The notes beneath the pieces were generated by a model. It worked only from the letters and a program-made list of their open reading frames with translations. It made no database searches and was not told where the DNA came from. The position numbers and the translations under genes are program-made. From the NCBI GenBank assembly GCA_902825905.1, contig CADECO010000004.1:1-52787 (forward strand): DNA of 52,787 bases. The letters run 5' to 3'. The DNA comes from an uncultured beta proteobacterium. GTDB taxonomy: Bacteria > Pseudomonadota > Gammaproteobacteria > Burkholderiales > SG8-39. Position 1 is the first letter of the stretch; every line of letters starts with the position of its first letter. This document shows positions 37,459-46,063 of this stretch, piece after piece.

Positions 37459-38172
37459 TTAGTGTAGTGCGGGCGGGGTCCCGCATGCGTAGAGGCCTAC
37501 TGCTGATGCATTGCGCTGCGCTTGGAAGATACGAATCACTTCGAGCAGCGTCGTGATCGAGATCGCCCGTACTCCGCGTACTTCGGCGAATCCAGTGTCC
37601 CGTATCAGTCTAGGTAGGAGTCTTGTTGCGTTGTCCGAGGTCGGTTTCGACGCCATCAACGATTAGTACTGGTAGGAACAACCAGCGCGTCACGAGCCCG
37701 TTCGAACGACCCCACTCGCCGACCAGCAATCGACCGCCGGGCTTCCTTACACGAAAAGCCTCCGACAATCCGCGAAGCGTTGTCGCGCAGTCAGATTAGT
37801 GAGAGCGATCTCAATAGGACAAGATCGAAGCTCGAAGCTTCAAAGGGCAGGTGCTGAGCCGACCCGTGCTCGAGATTGTCTGCGCGCCGCGCGCTATCGT
37901 GTTTCTCTGTGCCAGCACGAGTGCGTGCAGATCTGCGTCGAGTCCCGTTACCAGTGCGCCTCGATAGACCGTGGCAAGCGCAATGGCTAGTGCGCCGGTG
38001 CTGCAGCCGAGATCGAGCGCATCATCTCCGCGCCGAGGTTGCGCGCGGCGCACGAACGCATCGTCGCCTTGCAGCTGGTGCTACAGACGCAGTAAGTCGC
38101 GTCCCCGAGCTCGTGGCGATGTGCGCTTGCGCGGGAGACTTCCGTGCCGCATACAGGATCGCGATCGCTCAT
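37459..38172 (-). pseudogene. Decayed YHS-domain / SAM-methyltransferase fusion, paralog of 38354-39136
   Basis: N-terminal YHS/TRASH piece MSDRDPVCGTEVSRASAHRHELGDATYCVCSTSCK. MT pieces lie in other frames: DALDLGCSTGALAIALATVYRGALVTGLDADLHALVLAQ, AQHLPFEASSFDLVL, LSH*SD...FRVRKPGGRLLVGEWG, RLIRDTGFAEVRGVRAISI. There is an in-frame TAA plus at least two frameshifts. Confidence 0.6.
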
Positions 38173-38381
38173 GGCTTCTTTCGCTTCGTTCTTGGAAGGG
38201 TTCGATTGGAGCGCCGGTTGGGACGGTTCTTGCCATGACTCGGCCCAACTTTATGGCGAAATCTAAGGAACAGCAAAAAGGCCACGAGGGTAAGCGCCGC
38301 AAGCCCGCCGGCGATCAACAGTGGCGTCAGTAATTGTGGCGAGGTCTCTGTGATCACCTTGATGTGCAAGATGGTCTCCAA
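38169..38381 (-). CDS. Possible small single-TM protein coupled to the YHS-methyltransferase (pseudo)gene
   Basis: TM LLTPLLIAGGLAALTLVAFLLFL followed by a basic tail. The stop overlaps the downstream ATG (ATGA at 38169-38172). TTG start with no SD, so support is weak. Confidence 0.3.
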   Translation of the reverse strand: METILHIKVITETSPQLLTPLLIAGGLAALTLVAFLLFLRFRHKVGPSHGKNRPNRRSNRTLPRTKRKKP

Positions 38382-39136
38382 ACCGGCGCCCCAGCACGTA
38401 CGGTCGACATTTCACTCGCACATGGATCCGATGTTGATCCGGCGCGCAGCGCTTCTACGATATGGATCACCCCGAGGGCGGTTGAGATCGCTTGTACTTC
38501 ACGAACGTCGTCGAAGCCTGCTTGGCGAATCAAGGCAGGTAAGGCTCTGGTCACGTGGTCGCACGTCGTTTCCAGTCCGTCCAAAGTCCGAAGTAGTCGA
38601 AGCAGCAATCGCGAGACCACACCTGTTGGTGCTCCCCAGTCGGCGATCAGGAGCCGCCCGCCTGGCTTCGTAACACGTCTGGCCTCGAACAATGCGCGGT
38701 ACTTCTCCGTCTGATCGAGATGGTGGAATAACAAGCTCGAGACGACGAGATCGAAGGTTGAGGCTTCAAAGGGCAGGTGTTGGACCAACCCGTGTTCGAG
38801 GTTGACTAAAGCGCGGCACCCTTTCGCTTTCTTTTGTGCCAGTACTAGCGCGTGCAGGTCGGCGTCCAGCCCCGTTACGGCAGCGTCTCGATATGCCAGC
38901 GCAAGTGCAACCGACAGCGTACCGGAGCCGCAGCCGAGATCGAGCGCATGCTCGGCACTTCGGAGTTTCGCGCGGCGCACGAGCTCGCCCGTCACCGCGC
39001 GCTCGCGTGAGGCCAGGCGCACTAGCGCGTCATAGAGCCGCGTGCGGAAACGGAACCGTAGCGGCGGCAGATATCCCGACGCTTCGCGGTGATGCATCAC
39101 GTTGTGCGGATACCGATCGGGGCCCATCGTGCTCAA
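38354..39136 (-). CDS. Class I SAM-dependent methyltransferase
   Basis: Motif I ALDLGCGSGTLSVALA and post-I VTGLDAD. FDLVVSSLLFHHL and TKPGGRLLIADW. TTG 39136 or ATG 39127 start. Confidence 0.75.
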   Translation of the reverse strand: MSTMGPDRYPHNVMHHREASGYLPPLRFRFRTRLYDALVRLASRERAVTGELVRRAKLRSAEHALDLGCGSGTLSVALALAYRDAAVTGLDADLHALVLAQKKAKGCRALVNLEHGLVQHLPFEASTFDLVVSSLLFHHLDQTEKYRALFEARRVTKPGGRLLIADWGAPTGVVSRLLLRLLRTLDGLETTCDHVTRALPALIRQAGFDDVREVQAISTALGVIHIVEALRAGSTSDPCASEMSTVRAGAPVWRPSCTSR

Positions 39137-39303
39137 CCGTACCGCGCGAAGACGTGGGATTGGTGGTCGTCGCGAAAGAGTAAGACCTCATAAGGATCGC
39201 ATCGCGAACTTTCCATTCCGGGCGATCCAAGCGGCAGGTCGGCGCCAAGGCAATAGCGCGCGCACGAGCAGGAACGCGCCCCTCGACGGGTAGGTTCGCG
39301 CGT

Positions 39304-40017
39304 TCAGAACGCCGGCTTGGATTCGCTCGATCGTTCATATCGATGATCGTTGCGCAGCGGCTTCGCGTGCATAGTTCCGCGCGCGAGATAACTCGTGCCC
39401 GCGTGGAACCGCTCTTCGACGGACAAGTCTGGGCAATATGGTGTAAGGGCCCGCCAGGGAGCGCCCAAGCCCCGATAGGTCGTCAGATAGTGACGCGCGC
39501 GCCATATCAGCCACACGTTCACCGGCGCGAGCCACCAAGGCAGAAGGCACATGCCTACGACCACTGCCCGTGCTCCTGGACGCGCCGAGACGGACAGACG
39601 CTCGAGCGCCGCCGTGCTTTGCAGCACATCGTGGGTATAAGTGAAGAGCAGCGCGTCGGCGCGGCGATCAAAGGATGCCTCTTCAACGGACGTTTGGAGC
39701 AGGGAGACGTTTGTCAGGCGCTCGGCGGCGATGCGCCTGCGGGCCAGCGCAGCCATCTCGGGCGACTGTTCGATGCCTACTACGTGTCCGGTGGGCCCGA
39801 CCGCACCGGCGAGGACCGGCAACAGCGCGCCGGTTCCGCACGCGACATCGAAAACGGTTTCTCCGGTTTGGAGTTCCAGCGCCGCTACGGCCCGGGCGCG
39901 AATGACCCCGATGTGGCGGCACGACTCGTCGTAGCTCGCGGCGAGATGCCGGTACCGTTCGACCGCGAGGGTGCGGTTCGGCGTGCCCTGAAGATTGGCG
40001 AGCAGTACGGAGCTCAT
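39304..40017 (-). CDS. Class I SAM-dependent methyltransferase, translationally coupled to the cusF-like gene
   Basis: Motif I VFDVACGTGALLPVLA and post-I VVGIEQSPEM. Its ATG overlaps the cusF-like stop (ATGA at 40014-40017). Confidence 0.8.
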   Translation of the reverse strand: MSSVLLANLQGTPNRTLAVERYRHLAASYDESCRHIGVIRARAVAALELQTGETVFDVACGTGALLPVLAGAVGPTGHVVGIEQSPEMAALARRRIAAERLTNVSLLQTSVEEASFDRRADALLFTYTHDVLQSTAALERLSVSARPGARAVVVGMCLLPWWLAPVNVWLIWRARHYLTTYRGLGAPWRALTPYCPDLSVEERFHAGTSYLARGTMHAKPLRNDHRYERSSESKPAF

Positions 40018-40355
40018 TTGGCTGGCTCGAAGCCGGTGACGGTGTATTGCCCGCCGATCTTCTCGGCGACGAATTTGATTTTGTCGCCGGGTTGGAGCCG
40101 GTCGAGCATCGCGGGCTCCTTCACTCGAAAGACCATCGTCATCGGTGGCATGTCGAGGCTCTTGATCTCCGCGTGTTTGATCGTGACCTTGCCTGCGTCC
40201 TTGTCGATCTTGCGCACCTCGCCGTCGGTCATCGCAGAGCTGCCTTGCGCGGCGGCTGCACCATGGTCGTGGCTGTGCGTCTGCGCGGCCGCGCGGAAGC
40301 TCCCGATCGAGAGTGCAACGAAGGCCGCCAAAGCGATTGCGGTGGTGTGCTTCAT
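40014..40355 (-). CDS. cusF: CusF-family periplasmic Cu(I)/Ag(I)-binding protein
   Basis: ORF trimmed to ATG 40355 (GGAGA 7 nt upstream; signal MKHTTAIALAAFVALSIGSFRAAA). It has a His-rich mature N-terminus and the core GKVTIKHAEIKSLDMPPMTMVFRV. Confidence 0.85.
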   Translation of the reverse strand: MKHTTAIALAAFVALSIGSFRAAAQTHSHDHGAAAAQGSSAMTDGEVRKIDKDAGKVTIKHAEIKSLDMPPMTMVFRVKEPAMLDRLQPGDKIKFVAEKIGGQYTVTGFEPAK

Positions 40356-40398
40356 ATCATGCTCTCCTCGAATCGACACGTAAGAGATAGCTTGGGGA

Positions 40399-40863
40399 TT
40401 ACTTCGGTTCGACACGAACCTTGCCGACCATGCCGGCTTCGAAGTGGCCGGGTTGCAGGCACGCGAAATCGAATTCCCCTGGCTTGGTGAATCGCCAGAT
40501 CATCTGTCCGGCTTTACCTGGATCCGCGACTGCCTGATTCGGATCGTCGTGCTCCATGTTCGGATGCTTCTTCATCATCTCGGCGTGTTCTTTTAGCTCC
40601 TGCATCGTGCCGAGCACCATCTCGTGTTTCACCTGCCCGCTGTTCCGTACGACAAACCGGATGGTCTCGCCCTGTTTGACATTGATCAGGGCGGGCGCGA
40701 AGCGCATGTTGTCGGTCATTACGACTTCGATCGTACGCGAGACGTCTTTCGCGTCCCCGGCCTCACCCACTGTCGATCCGTGGTGATGGTGTCCGTGTCC
40801 GCACGCGGCTAGAGCGATAGCGCCGATCGTTACCACTACAACGCTTTGCAGGTGATTCTTCAT
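40399..40863 (-). CDS. Secreted cupredoxin-fold (plastocyanin/azurin-like) copper protein, copy 1
   Basis: Lipobox-like AIALAACGHGHHHHG. Type-1 Cu ligand pattern: H in QVKHEMV, then C..PGH....M in FACLQPGHFEAGM. Confidence 0.8.
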   Translation of the reverse strand: MKNHLQSVVVVTIGAIALAACGHGHHHHGSTVGEAGDAKDVSRTIEVVMTDNMRFAPALINVKQGETIRFVVRNSGQVKHEMVLGTMQELKEHAEMMKKHPNMEHDDPNQAVADPGKAGQMIWRFTKPGEFDFACLQPGHFEAGMVGKVRVEPK

Positions 40864-40935
40864 GAGCTGTTCCTCTCCTGGCTTAGTTCACTCGAACTGC
40901 TTCTTTGGAGTTTCGATGGGTCCATACATCCCGGC

Positions 40936-41427
40936 TCACCTGACGATGATTTTTCCGACCATTCCGGCCTCGAAATGTCCAGGTACCAGGCAGCCGAAGA
41001 AAAACTCGCCGGCTTTCGTGAACTGCCACACCATCGTCTCTTGCTTGCCTGGATTGACGTGCGCCATGTAGGGCTCGTCGTGCTCCATGTTCGGATGCTT
41101 CTTCATGAGCTCGGCGTGCTCGGCGAGTTCCTTCTTGGTGCCGATCACCATCTCGTGAAGCACCTGGCCCTTGTTCTTGACGACGAAGCGGATCGTCTCG
41201 CCGCGCTTTATCGAAAGTTCCGCCGGGGTAAAGCGCATGGTGTCGGCCATGTCGATGTTGACCGTGCGGGATACTTTCTTCGGATCACCTTGGCGGCCGA
41301 ACTCCTTCTCTTCGGTGCTGATCGCGGCCGGCTTGGCAGTTTTCTTGGCGTGACTGTCACCGTGCGCGAGCGCGAGCGCAGGTAGCGATGCGAGCAGGGT
41401 GGTAAGCAGTATGTGCTTGATCATCAT
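40936..41427 (-). CDS. Secreted cupredoxin-fold copper protein, copy 2 (tandem paralog)
   Basis: ORF 40936..41877 trimmed to ATGATG 41422-41427 with an adjacent GGAGG. Signal MMIKHILLTTLLASLPALALA. Ligand pattern: QVLHEMV, FGCLVPGHFEAGM. Highly similar to copy 1. Confidence 0.8.
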   Translation of the reverse strand: MMIKHILLTTLLASLPALALAHGDSHAKKTAKPAAISTEEKEFGRQGDPKKVSRTVNIDMADTMRFTPAELSIKRGETIRFVVKNKGQVLHEMVIGTKKELAEHAELMKKHPNMEHDEPYMAHVNPGKQETMVWQFTKAGEFFFGCLVPGHFEAGMVGKIIVR

Positions 41428-41450
41428 GATCCTCCGCGGGAAGTCCGGGC

Positions 41451-42824
41451 TCAGTGTTGGCTGTGCCCGGAGGGTTTGCGAGCAGTTAGCGATGTGCCGG
41501 CCGTCTTGGTCGGTTCGGACGCTCGCTCGGCCTTCGGCGGCTCCCCCTTCCATTCGAAAGCGACAGTGCCGGGCGGATGCTTGTACCAACCGGGATCGCT
41601 GTAGTCGTTGCGTGCAAGTCCTTCGCGCACTTTGACCACGGAGAACATGCCTCCCATCTCGATGGGACCGAACGGCCCCTGTCCGGTCATCATCGGCAGC
41701 GTGTTGTCCGGGAGCGGCATTTCCATCTCGCCCATGTCGGCCATGCCGCGTTCGCCCATGACCATATAGTCGGGAACCAGGGTCATGATTTGGCGCGCCA
41801 CGCCACGATGGTCCACTCCGATCATCGTAGGTACGTCGTGACCCATCGGGTTCATCGTGTGGTGCGACTTGTGGCAATGAAACGCCCAGTCGCCCGGCGC
41901 GTCGGCGACGAATTCAAACGCGCGCAAGGCGCCGATCGGCACGTCGATCGTTGTCTCCGGCCATTGCGCGGATCGCGGGACCCAACCGCCGTCGGTGCCA
42001 GTGACGCTGAAGTTGAATCCATGCAGATGAATCGGATGGTTGGTCATCGTGAGATTGCCCATCCGAATCCGCACGCGATCGTCCTTTCGCACGACCAAGT
42101 GATCGATCCCGGGAAACGCGCGGCTGTTCCAGGTCCACAGGTTGAAATCGAGCATCGTGTTGACCTTGGGGGTGTAGCTGCCGGGTTCGATGTCGTAGGC
42201 ATTGATGAGGAAGCAGAAATCACGATCCACCGGCATGAATTTCGGGTTTCGCGGATGGACCACGATGAAACCCATCATGCCCATCGCCATTTGCACCATC
42301 TCATCCGCATGCGGGTGATACATGAACGTGCCCGAGTGCTTCATCTCGAATTCATAGACGAACGTCTTGCCGGTCGGGATCTGCGGCTGGTTGAGACCGC
42401 CTACGCCGTCCATGCCGTTGGGTAGCAAGATTCCGTGCCAGTGAATGGTGGTGTGCTCTGGCAGCTTGTTGGTCACGAAGAAACGCACCTTGTCGCCCTC
42501 GACGCACTCGATCGTCGGTCCGGGTGATTGCCCGTTGTAGCCCCACAGATTGGCTTTCATGCCGGGTGCGATCTCGCGCACGACCGGTTCGGCAATCAGG
42601 TGAAATTCCTTCCAGCCGTTATTCATCCGCCACGGCAATGACCAACTATTCAGCGTCACCACCGGGTTGTACGGCCGCCCGCTCGAGGGGGCGAGCGGCG
42701 GCTGGGTCTTCGGCGACTCTTGAATGGGTGCTTCGGGCAGCGTGGCGGCACCCGCGCGGGATATCAGTCCGGCACCCAGTGCGACTGCGCCGGAACGCTG
42801 CAGAAATCTTCGACGAGATAGCAT
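41451..42824 (-). CDS. Tat-exported multicopper oxidase with Met-rich segments
   Basis: Twin-arginine signal MLSRRRFLQRSGAVALGAG. Copper-site motifs: TIHWHG, HPHADEM, HPIHLHG, HCHKSHH. Met-rich MGERGMADMGEMEMPLPDNTLPMM. Confidence 0.9.
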   Translation of the reverse strand: MLSRRRFLQRSGAVALGAGLISRAGAATLPEAPIQESPKTQPPLAPSSGRPYNPVVTLNSWSLPWRMNNGWKEFHLIAEPVVREIAPGMKANLWGYNGQSPGPTIECVEGDKVRFFVTNKLPEHTTIHWHGILLPNGMDGVGGLNQPQIPTGKTFVYEFEMKHSGTFMYHPHADEMVQMAMGMMGFIVVHPRNPKFMPVDRDFCFLINAYDIEPGSYTPKVNTMLDFNLWTWNSRAFPGIDHLVVRKDDRVRIRMGNLTMTNHPIHLHGFNFSVTGTDGGWVPRSAQWPETTIDVPIGALRAFEFVADAPGDWAFHCHKSHHTMNPMGHDVPTMIGVDHRGVARQIMTLVPDYMVMGERGMADMGEMEMPLPDNTLPMMTGQGPFGPIEMGGMFSVVKVREGLARNDYSDPGWYKHPPGTVAFEWKGEPPKAERASEPTKTAGTSLTARKPSGHSQH

Positions 42825-42847
42825 TCGAGGGCTTTCCTAGTAAGTGC

Positions 42848-44278
42848 TCAATGGCCGGCGAGCGCGGGATTCGGAAGCATGCGCATACCGCCACCCGGGG
42901 CCGCGACGCGGAGGTTTCCACCGCCGGGACCGTTCAACGCCGCCTGCAGGTCGGTGGCCGCGAGCCAGAATTCGCGCAGCGAAGTGATGTAGCCCGTGAC
43001 GCTCGTCACTTGCTCGCGCGCATCGGCGAGCAGCTCGAAGACGCTGATCAGCATGCCGTTGTAGCGGAGCAGGTTTTCTTCGGAGATCTTCTTGCGCAAT
43101 GGGACGATCTCGTCGCGGTAGTGCTTCGTGGTGTCGTACGCGGTGCGCGCGATCGAGAACGCGTCGCGCACTTCTGAGCGCGCGTTCACTGCCACTTCGG
43201 CGAGTCGATGGACGGTCTGCATGTACTGCGCTTCTGCCTTGGCGACGCGCGCGCCGCCCCAGTCGAACAGAGGGATTTGCAGGCTGAACTCGATACCTCG
43301 CTTCCAGCCCTCGTGGCCTTCCTTCGTGCGCGCGGGCCCGAGCTCGAGCGCGTTGATGAAGCGGGTTGTTTTCGTCAGACCGAGGAGCTCCGCCACGCCT
43401 TCGCTTTGACGTCTTGCCGCCTGAATATCCAGGCGCTGCGCAATCGCCTTCGCTTCGAGGTCGGTCCACTCCGGTGGCTGACCAGGCAGGTCGGGAAGTC
43501 GGCCCGGGAGGCGGAATTTGATGTCTTCGCCGTATAGCCCCATGAGCCGCGTCAGCCGCTCCCGCTCCGAAAGCGCCACGCGCTTGGCCTGCGCGAGCTG
43601 CGTGATTGTCTCGGCGTAGAACACCTGTTCGCGCATCTGGGTGAGCTTCGGGAAATTGCCGGCTCGCGCCATGCGCCTCGCAAGCTCAGCGCTCGCCTCG
43701 GCTGCAGTCTTCACCTGCTCGAGGTACGTGACCATTTCGCTCGCTGCGAGCGCTTGGAAGTACGCGCGACGGGTTTCGAATGCAACGTCGATGACGCGAC
43801 TCGAGACCTCCAGCTTGGTCTGCTCGAAGCGCTGCGTTTCGATCTTCCTGCGTAGCGGCATCGTGAGCAAATCGATGATCGGAAAGGTCAATGCCCATTC
43901 GATTGATTTGCTTTCGCCGTTGCGTACGTTCAAGTATGCGAAGTGCGGATTGGTGAGCCGACCCGCCTGCACGAGATCGGCCTCGGCAATGCCCAACTCC
44001 TCGTAGGTGCTCTGGAGCCCACGGTTGTTGAGAAGCGCGACTTGAACCGCGTCATCCACCGAGAGGGGTGCAGTCAATCGTTGCTTGACGAAGTCTTGCA
44101 GACGGTTGTCGTCCTGGGAGGCACGGATGACTTTGGTATTGGTGCCCAACCTTTGCTGAGTCGTCGCCTCGACCGAGCCGAAGCCGCCGTCTTGCGAGAA
44201 CGTTGCACATCCAGCCAGGGTCAGTGCGGCCACCGCCAAGAAGCCTACGCGGAACTGCGCGACACAAATTGGTCGCAT
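42848..44278 (-). CDS. TolC/NodT-family outer-membrane factor lipoprotein
   Basis: Lipobox AALTLAGC. Two-repeat OMF layout. 476 aa. Confidence 0.85.
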   Translation of the reverse strand: MRPICVAQFRVGFLAVAALTLAGCATFSQDGGFGSVEATTQQRLGTNTKVIRASQDDNRLQDFVKQRLTAPLSVDDAVQVALLNNRGLQSTYEELGIAEADLVQAGRLTNPHFAYLNVRNGESKSIEWALTFPIIDLLTMPLRRKIETQRFEQTKLEVSSRVIDVAFETRRAYFQALAASEMVTYLEQVKTAAEASAELARRMARAGNFPKLTQMREQVFYAETITQLAQAKRVALSERERLTRLMGLYGEDIKFRLPGRLPDLPGQPPEWTDLEAKAIAQRLDIQAARRQSEGVAELLGLTKTTRFINALELGPARTKEGHEGWKRGIEFSLQIPLFDWGGARVAKAEAQYMQTVHRLAEVAVNARSEVRDAFSIARTAYDTTKHYRDEIVPLRKKISEENLLRYNGMLISVFELLADAREQVTSVTGYITSLREFWLAATDLQAALNGPGGGNLRVAAPGGGMRMLPNPALAGH

Positions 44279-44290
44279 CGATTCATCCTC

Positions 44291-44662
44291 CTAGTGCTTG
44301 TGGGTCGAATGGCCGGCGCTCGGGGCGCTGGCCGGTTGCGATGGCTTGGATTCACTCGCGGGCGCCGACCGTGGACTTGAGCGTTCCGGAACCGCCCCCG
44401 GCTTCGCGCCACTGGACGCCTCATCCTTGATGTGTCCGGCGTGGCCGCCCAGGCCAAGGACTTCATCGTTCAGCGCACGCCACGAGGCAGGCTTTTCCTC
44501 TTGATAGCGCTGATAGCTCGCGAACGGCGAAACGTACTCCACTGCCGGTACTCGAAGCTGGGAGTCGGTCGGGTCGGCTCGGCTCTGCGCGATCGTGCTG
44601 CCAACAATCAATGTATTGAAAGCAACCGCGGCGACGGCTGCGCACGTGCTGATTCGTTGCAT
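44291..44662 (-). CDS. Small secreted protein with a His-containing, Pro/Ser-rich tail (unknown function)
   Basis: Signal MQRISTCAAVAAVAFNTLIVGSTIAQS. It contains GGHAGHIKDE and ends in HSTHKH. It lies 12 nt upstream of the OMF gene. Confidence 0.55.
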   Translation of the reverse strand: MQRISTCAAVAAVAFNTLIVGSTIAQSRADPTDSQLRVPAVEYVSPFASYQRYQEEKPASWRALNDEVLGLGGHAGHIKDEASSGAKPGAVPERSSPRSAPASESKPSQPASAPSAGHSTHKH

Positions 44663-44781
44663 GGAATACCTCGCGATTCGATTTCACGGGTGCGGACGAT
44701 GGCAACCCATGACTGGGTAGCATGTCGCTCGGCTTACGAACGGGGAGGTTCCGAACGAACACAACCTCCCTTTGCGTCGCA

Positions 44782-45201
44782 CTAGGCGACGCGCGTGGAG
44801 CGAGGCGCTAACGGCGGCCGGTCGAGGGTCGCGGGGACTCGACTCTCGAGATGCCGAAGGACGGAGACGGGGCGAAGTTCAGAGTTTTTGAGGACGTTGG
44901 CGAGCAGACCAAACGAAGTCGTCATGCCCACCGCCGCGCAACAAATTGAACAGACGCTGCAGTGGCAATTCCCATGGTCGCCCTCGTCGTTCGCGTGGGC
45001 GGCGAAGTCATGATGAGCGTGCCCCTGATGAGCGGGGGCATCGGGCTGCGAACCTTGATGCGCGCTATGGCCTGGAAGCCGCTCTGAGGCATACGCTGCG
45101 TCGGCATGACCGGCACAGCGCAGCATGAGCACGGCCGCGAATCCCTTTAGCGGGATTGCGAGCAGCAGCAGGCAAACAACAATGGACTTCCAATGCCGCA
45201 A
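44782..45201 (-). CDS. DUF2946-like His/Cys-rich envelope protein heading the copper operon
   Basis: TTG start with GAGGAG 7 nt upstream. Signal/TM MRHWKSIVVCLLLLAIPL. His-rich HQGHAHHDFAAH and a Cys cluster GNCHCSVCSICC. Pro-rich tail DRPPLAP. Confidence 0.5.
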   Translation of the reverse strand: MRHWKSIVVCLLLLAIPLKGFAAVLMLRCAGHADAAYASERLPGHSAHQGSQPDAPAHQGHAHHDFAAHANDEGDHGNCHCSVCSICCAAVGMTTSFGLLANVLKNSELRPVSVLRHLESRVPATLDRPPLAPRSTRVA

Positions 45202-45324
45202 CCAGGCACTCCTCAGGCATGTTGAACTACGACAGATCGAAACAAACGGTTCGGACGACGGCGTCGAAACACTTCGTCCTCACGAATGGAATCTTAGGAC
45301 GGGGCGACGCTCAGTTGCGTGACG

Positions 45325-45350
45325 CCTTCATTACAACTTCGTAATGAAGG
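45325..45350. promoter_or_regulatory. Perfect palindrome CCTTCATTAC-AACTTC-GTAATGAAGG, a candidate CusR/CopR-type operator (copper box) in the divergent control region
   Basis: 10-bp perfect inverted repeat with a 6-bp spacer, lying between the TTG start at 45201 (minus strand) and the cusR GTG at 45392. The ATTAC-N6-GTAAT core resembles reported CopR/CusR/PcoR boxes. Confidence 0.55.
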
Positions 45351-45391
45351 CTGCTTTGTTCTGGCTTACAGTTCGCCAAGGAGCCCGGCAC

Positions 45392-46063
45392 GTGAAAATT
45401 CTGATTGTCGAAGACGAACCGAAGACCGTTGACTATCTGAAGAAAGGTCTATCCGAGGCGGGCTTCATCGTCGACGTAGCCCACGACGGAAAAGACGGGC
45501 TTCACCTCGCCCAAACCGGCGGGTACGCGCTGGTGATCCTCGATATCATGATGCCGGGACTGGACGGCTGGAACGTCCTGCGCGAGCTGCGCCGATCAAT
45601 GGATACGCCGGTACTTTTTCTTACTGCAAAGGATCGAGTGGAAGACCGCGTGCGTGGGCTCGAGATGGGGGCAGACGACTATCTGGTTAAACCGTTCGCG
45701 TTTTCCGAGCTGCTGGCGCGTGTGCGGACGATTCTGCGTCGCGGTCATCCGAAAAAGACGGAGGTATTGCGGGTGGCCGATCTGGAGTTGGACCCCATCA
45801 AGCGTCGCGTCCAGCGCGGGGCGCAGCGCGTAGATCTGACGGCGAAAGAGTTTCTGCTACTTCATCTGCTGATGCAGCGCGAAGGCGAGGTGCTGTCACG
45901 GACTTTCATCGCCGAGCAGGTCTGGGACATGAACTTCGATAGCGACACCAACGTCGTCGATGTCGTGGTGAGGAGGCTGCGCGCTAAAGTCGATGATCCG
46001 TTCGCTGAGAAGTTGATCCACACGTTGCGGGGCGTGGGCTACGTTCTGGAGCATCGCCCATGA
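45392..46063 (+). CDS. cusR: OmpR-family heavy-metal response regulator (CusR/CopR-like)
   Basis: ORF trimmed to GTG 45392 (AAGGAG 8 nt upstream). [11 protein letters not shown], phospho-acceptor context [16 protein letters not shown], and a winged-helix C-terminus [12 protein letters not shown]. Confidence 0.9.
   Translation: MKILIVEDEPKTVDYLKKGLSEAGFIVDVAHDGKDGLHLAQTGGYALVILDIMMPGLDGWNVLRELRRSMDTPVLFLTAKDRVEDRVRGLEMGADDYLVKPFAFSELLARVRTILRRGHPKKTEVLRVADLELDPIKRRVQRGAQRVDLTAKEFLLLHLLMQREGEVLSRTFIAEQVWDMNFDSDTNVVDVVVRRLRAKVDDPFAEKLIHTLRGVGYVLEHRP

Larger units (their letters stand above)
37459..39136 (-). repeat. Tandem duplication of a methyltransferase gene, one copy decayed
   Basis: Nucleotide-level similarity is visible, for example 37831-37875 vs 38761-38805 (..cttcaaagggcaggtg..cccgtg.tcgag..). 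There is also protein-level colinearity of the two copies. Confidence 0.6.
40399..41427 (-). repeat. Tandem cupredoxin gene duplication
   Basis: The two products share long identical stretches (ETIRFVV.N.GQV.HEMV.GT..EL.EHAE.MKKHPNMEHD, PGHFEAGMVGK). Confidence 0.7.

Noticed and set aside
41428-41877. 150-codon N-terminal extension of cupredoxin copy 2 (ORF 40936..41877).
   Set aside because: It overlaps the 3' end of the multicopper oxidase gene in another frame and is Arg/Gly-rich. SD plus ATGATG and a signal peptide occur at 41422-41427.
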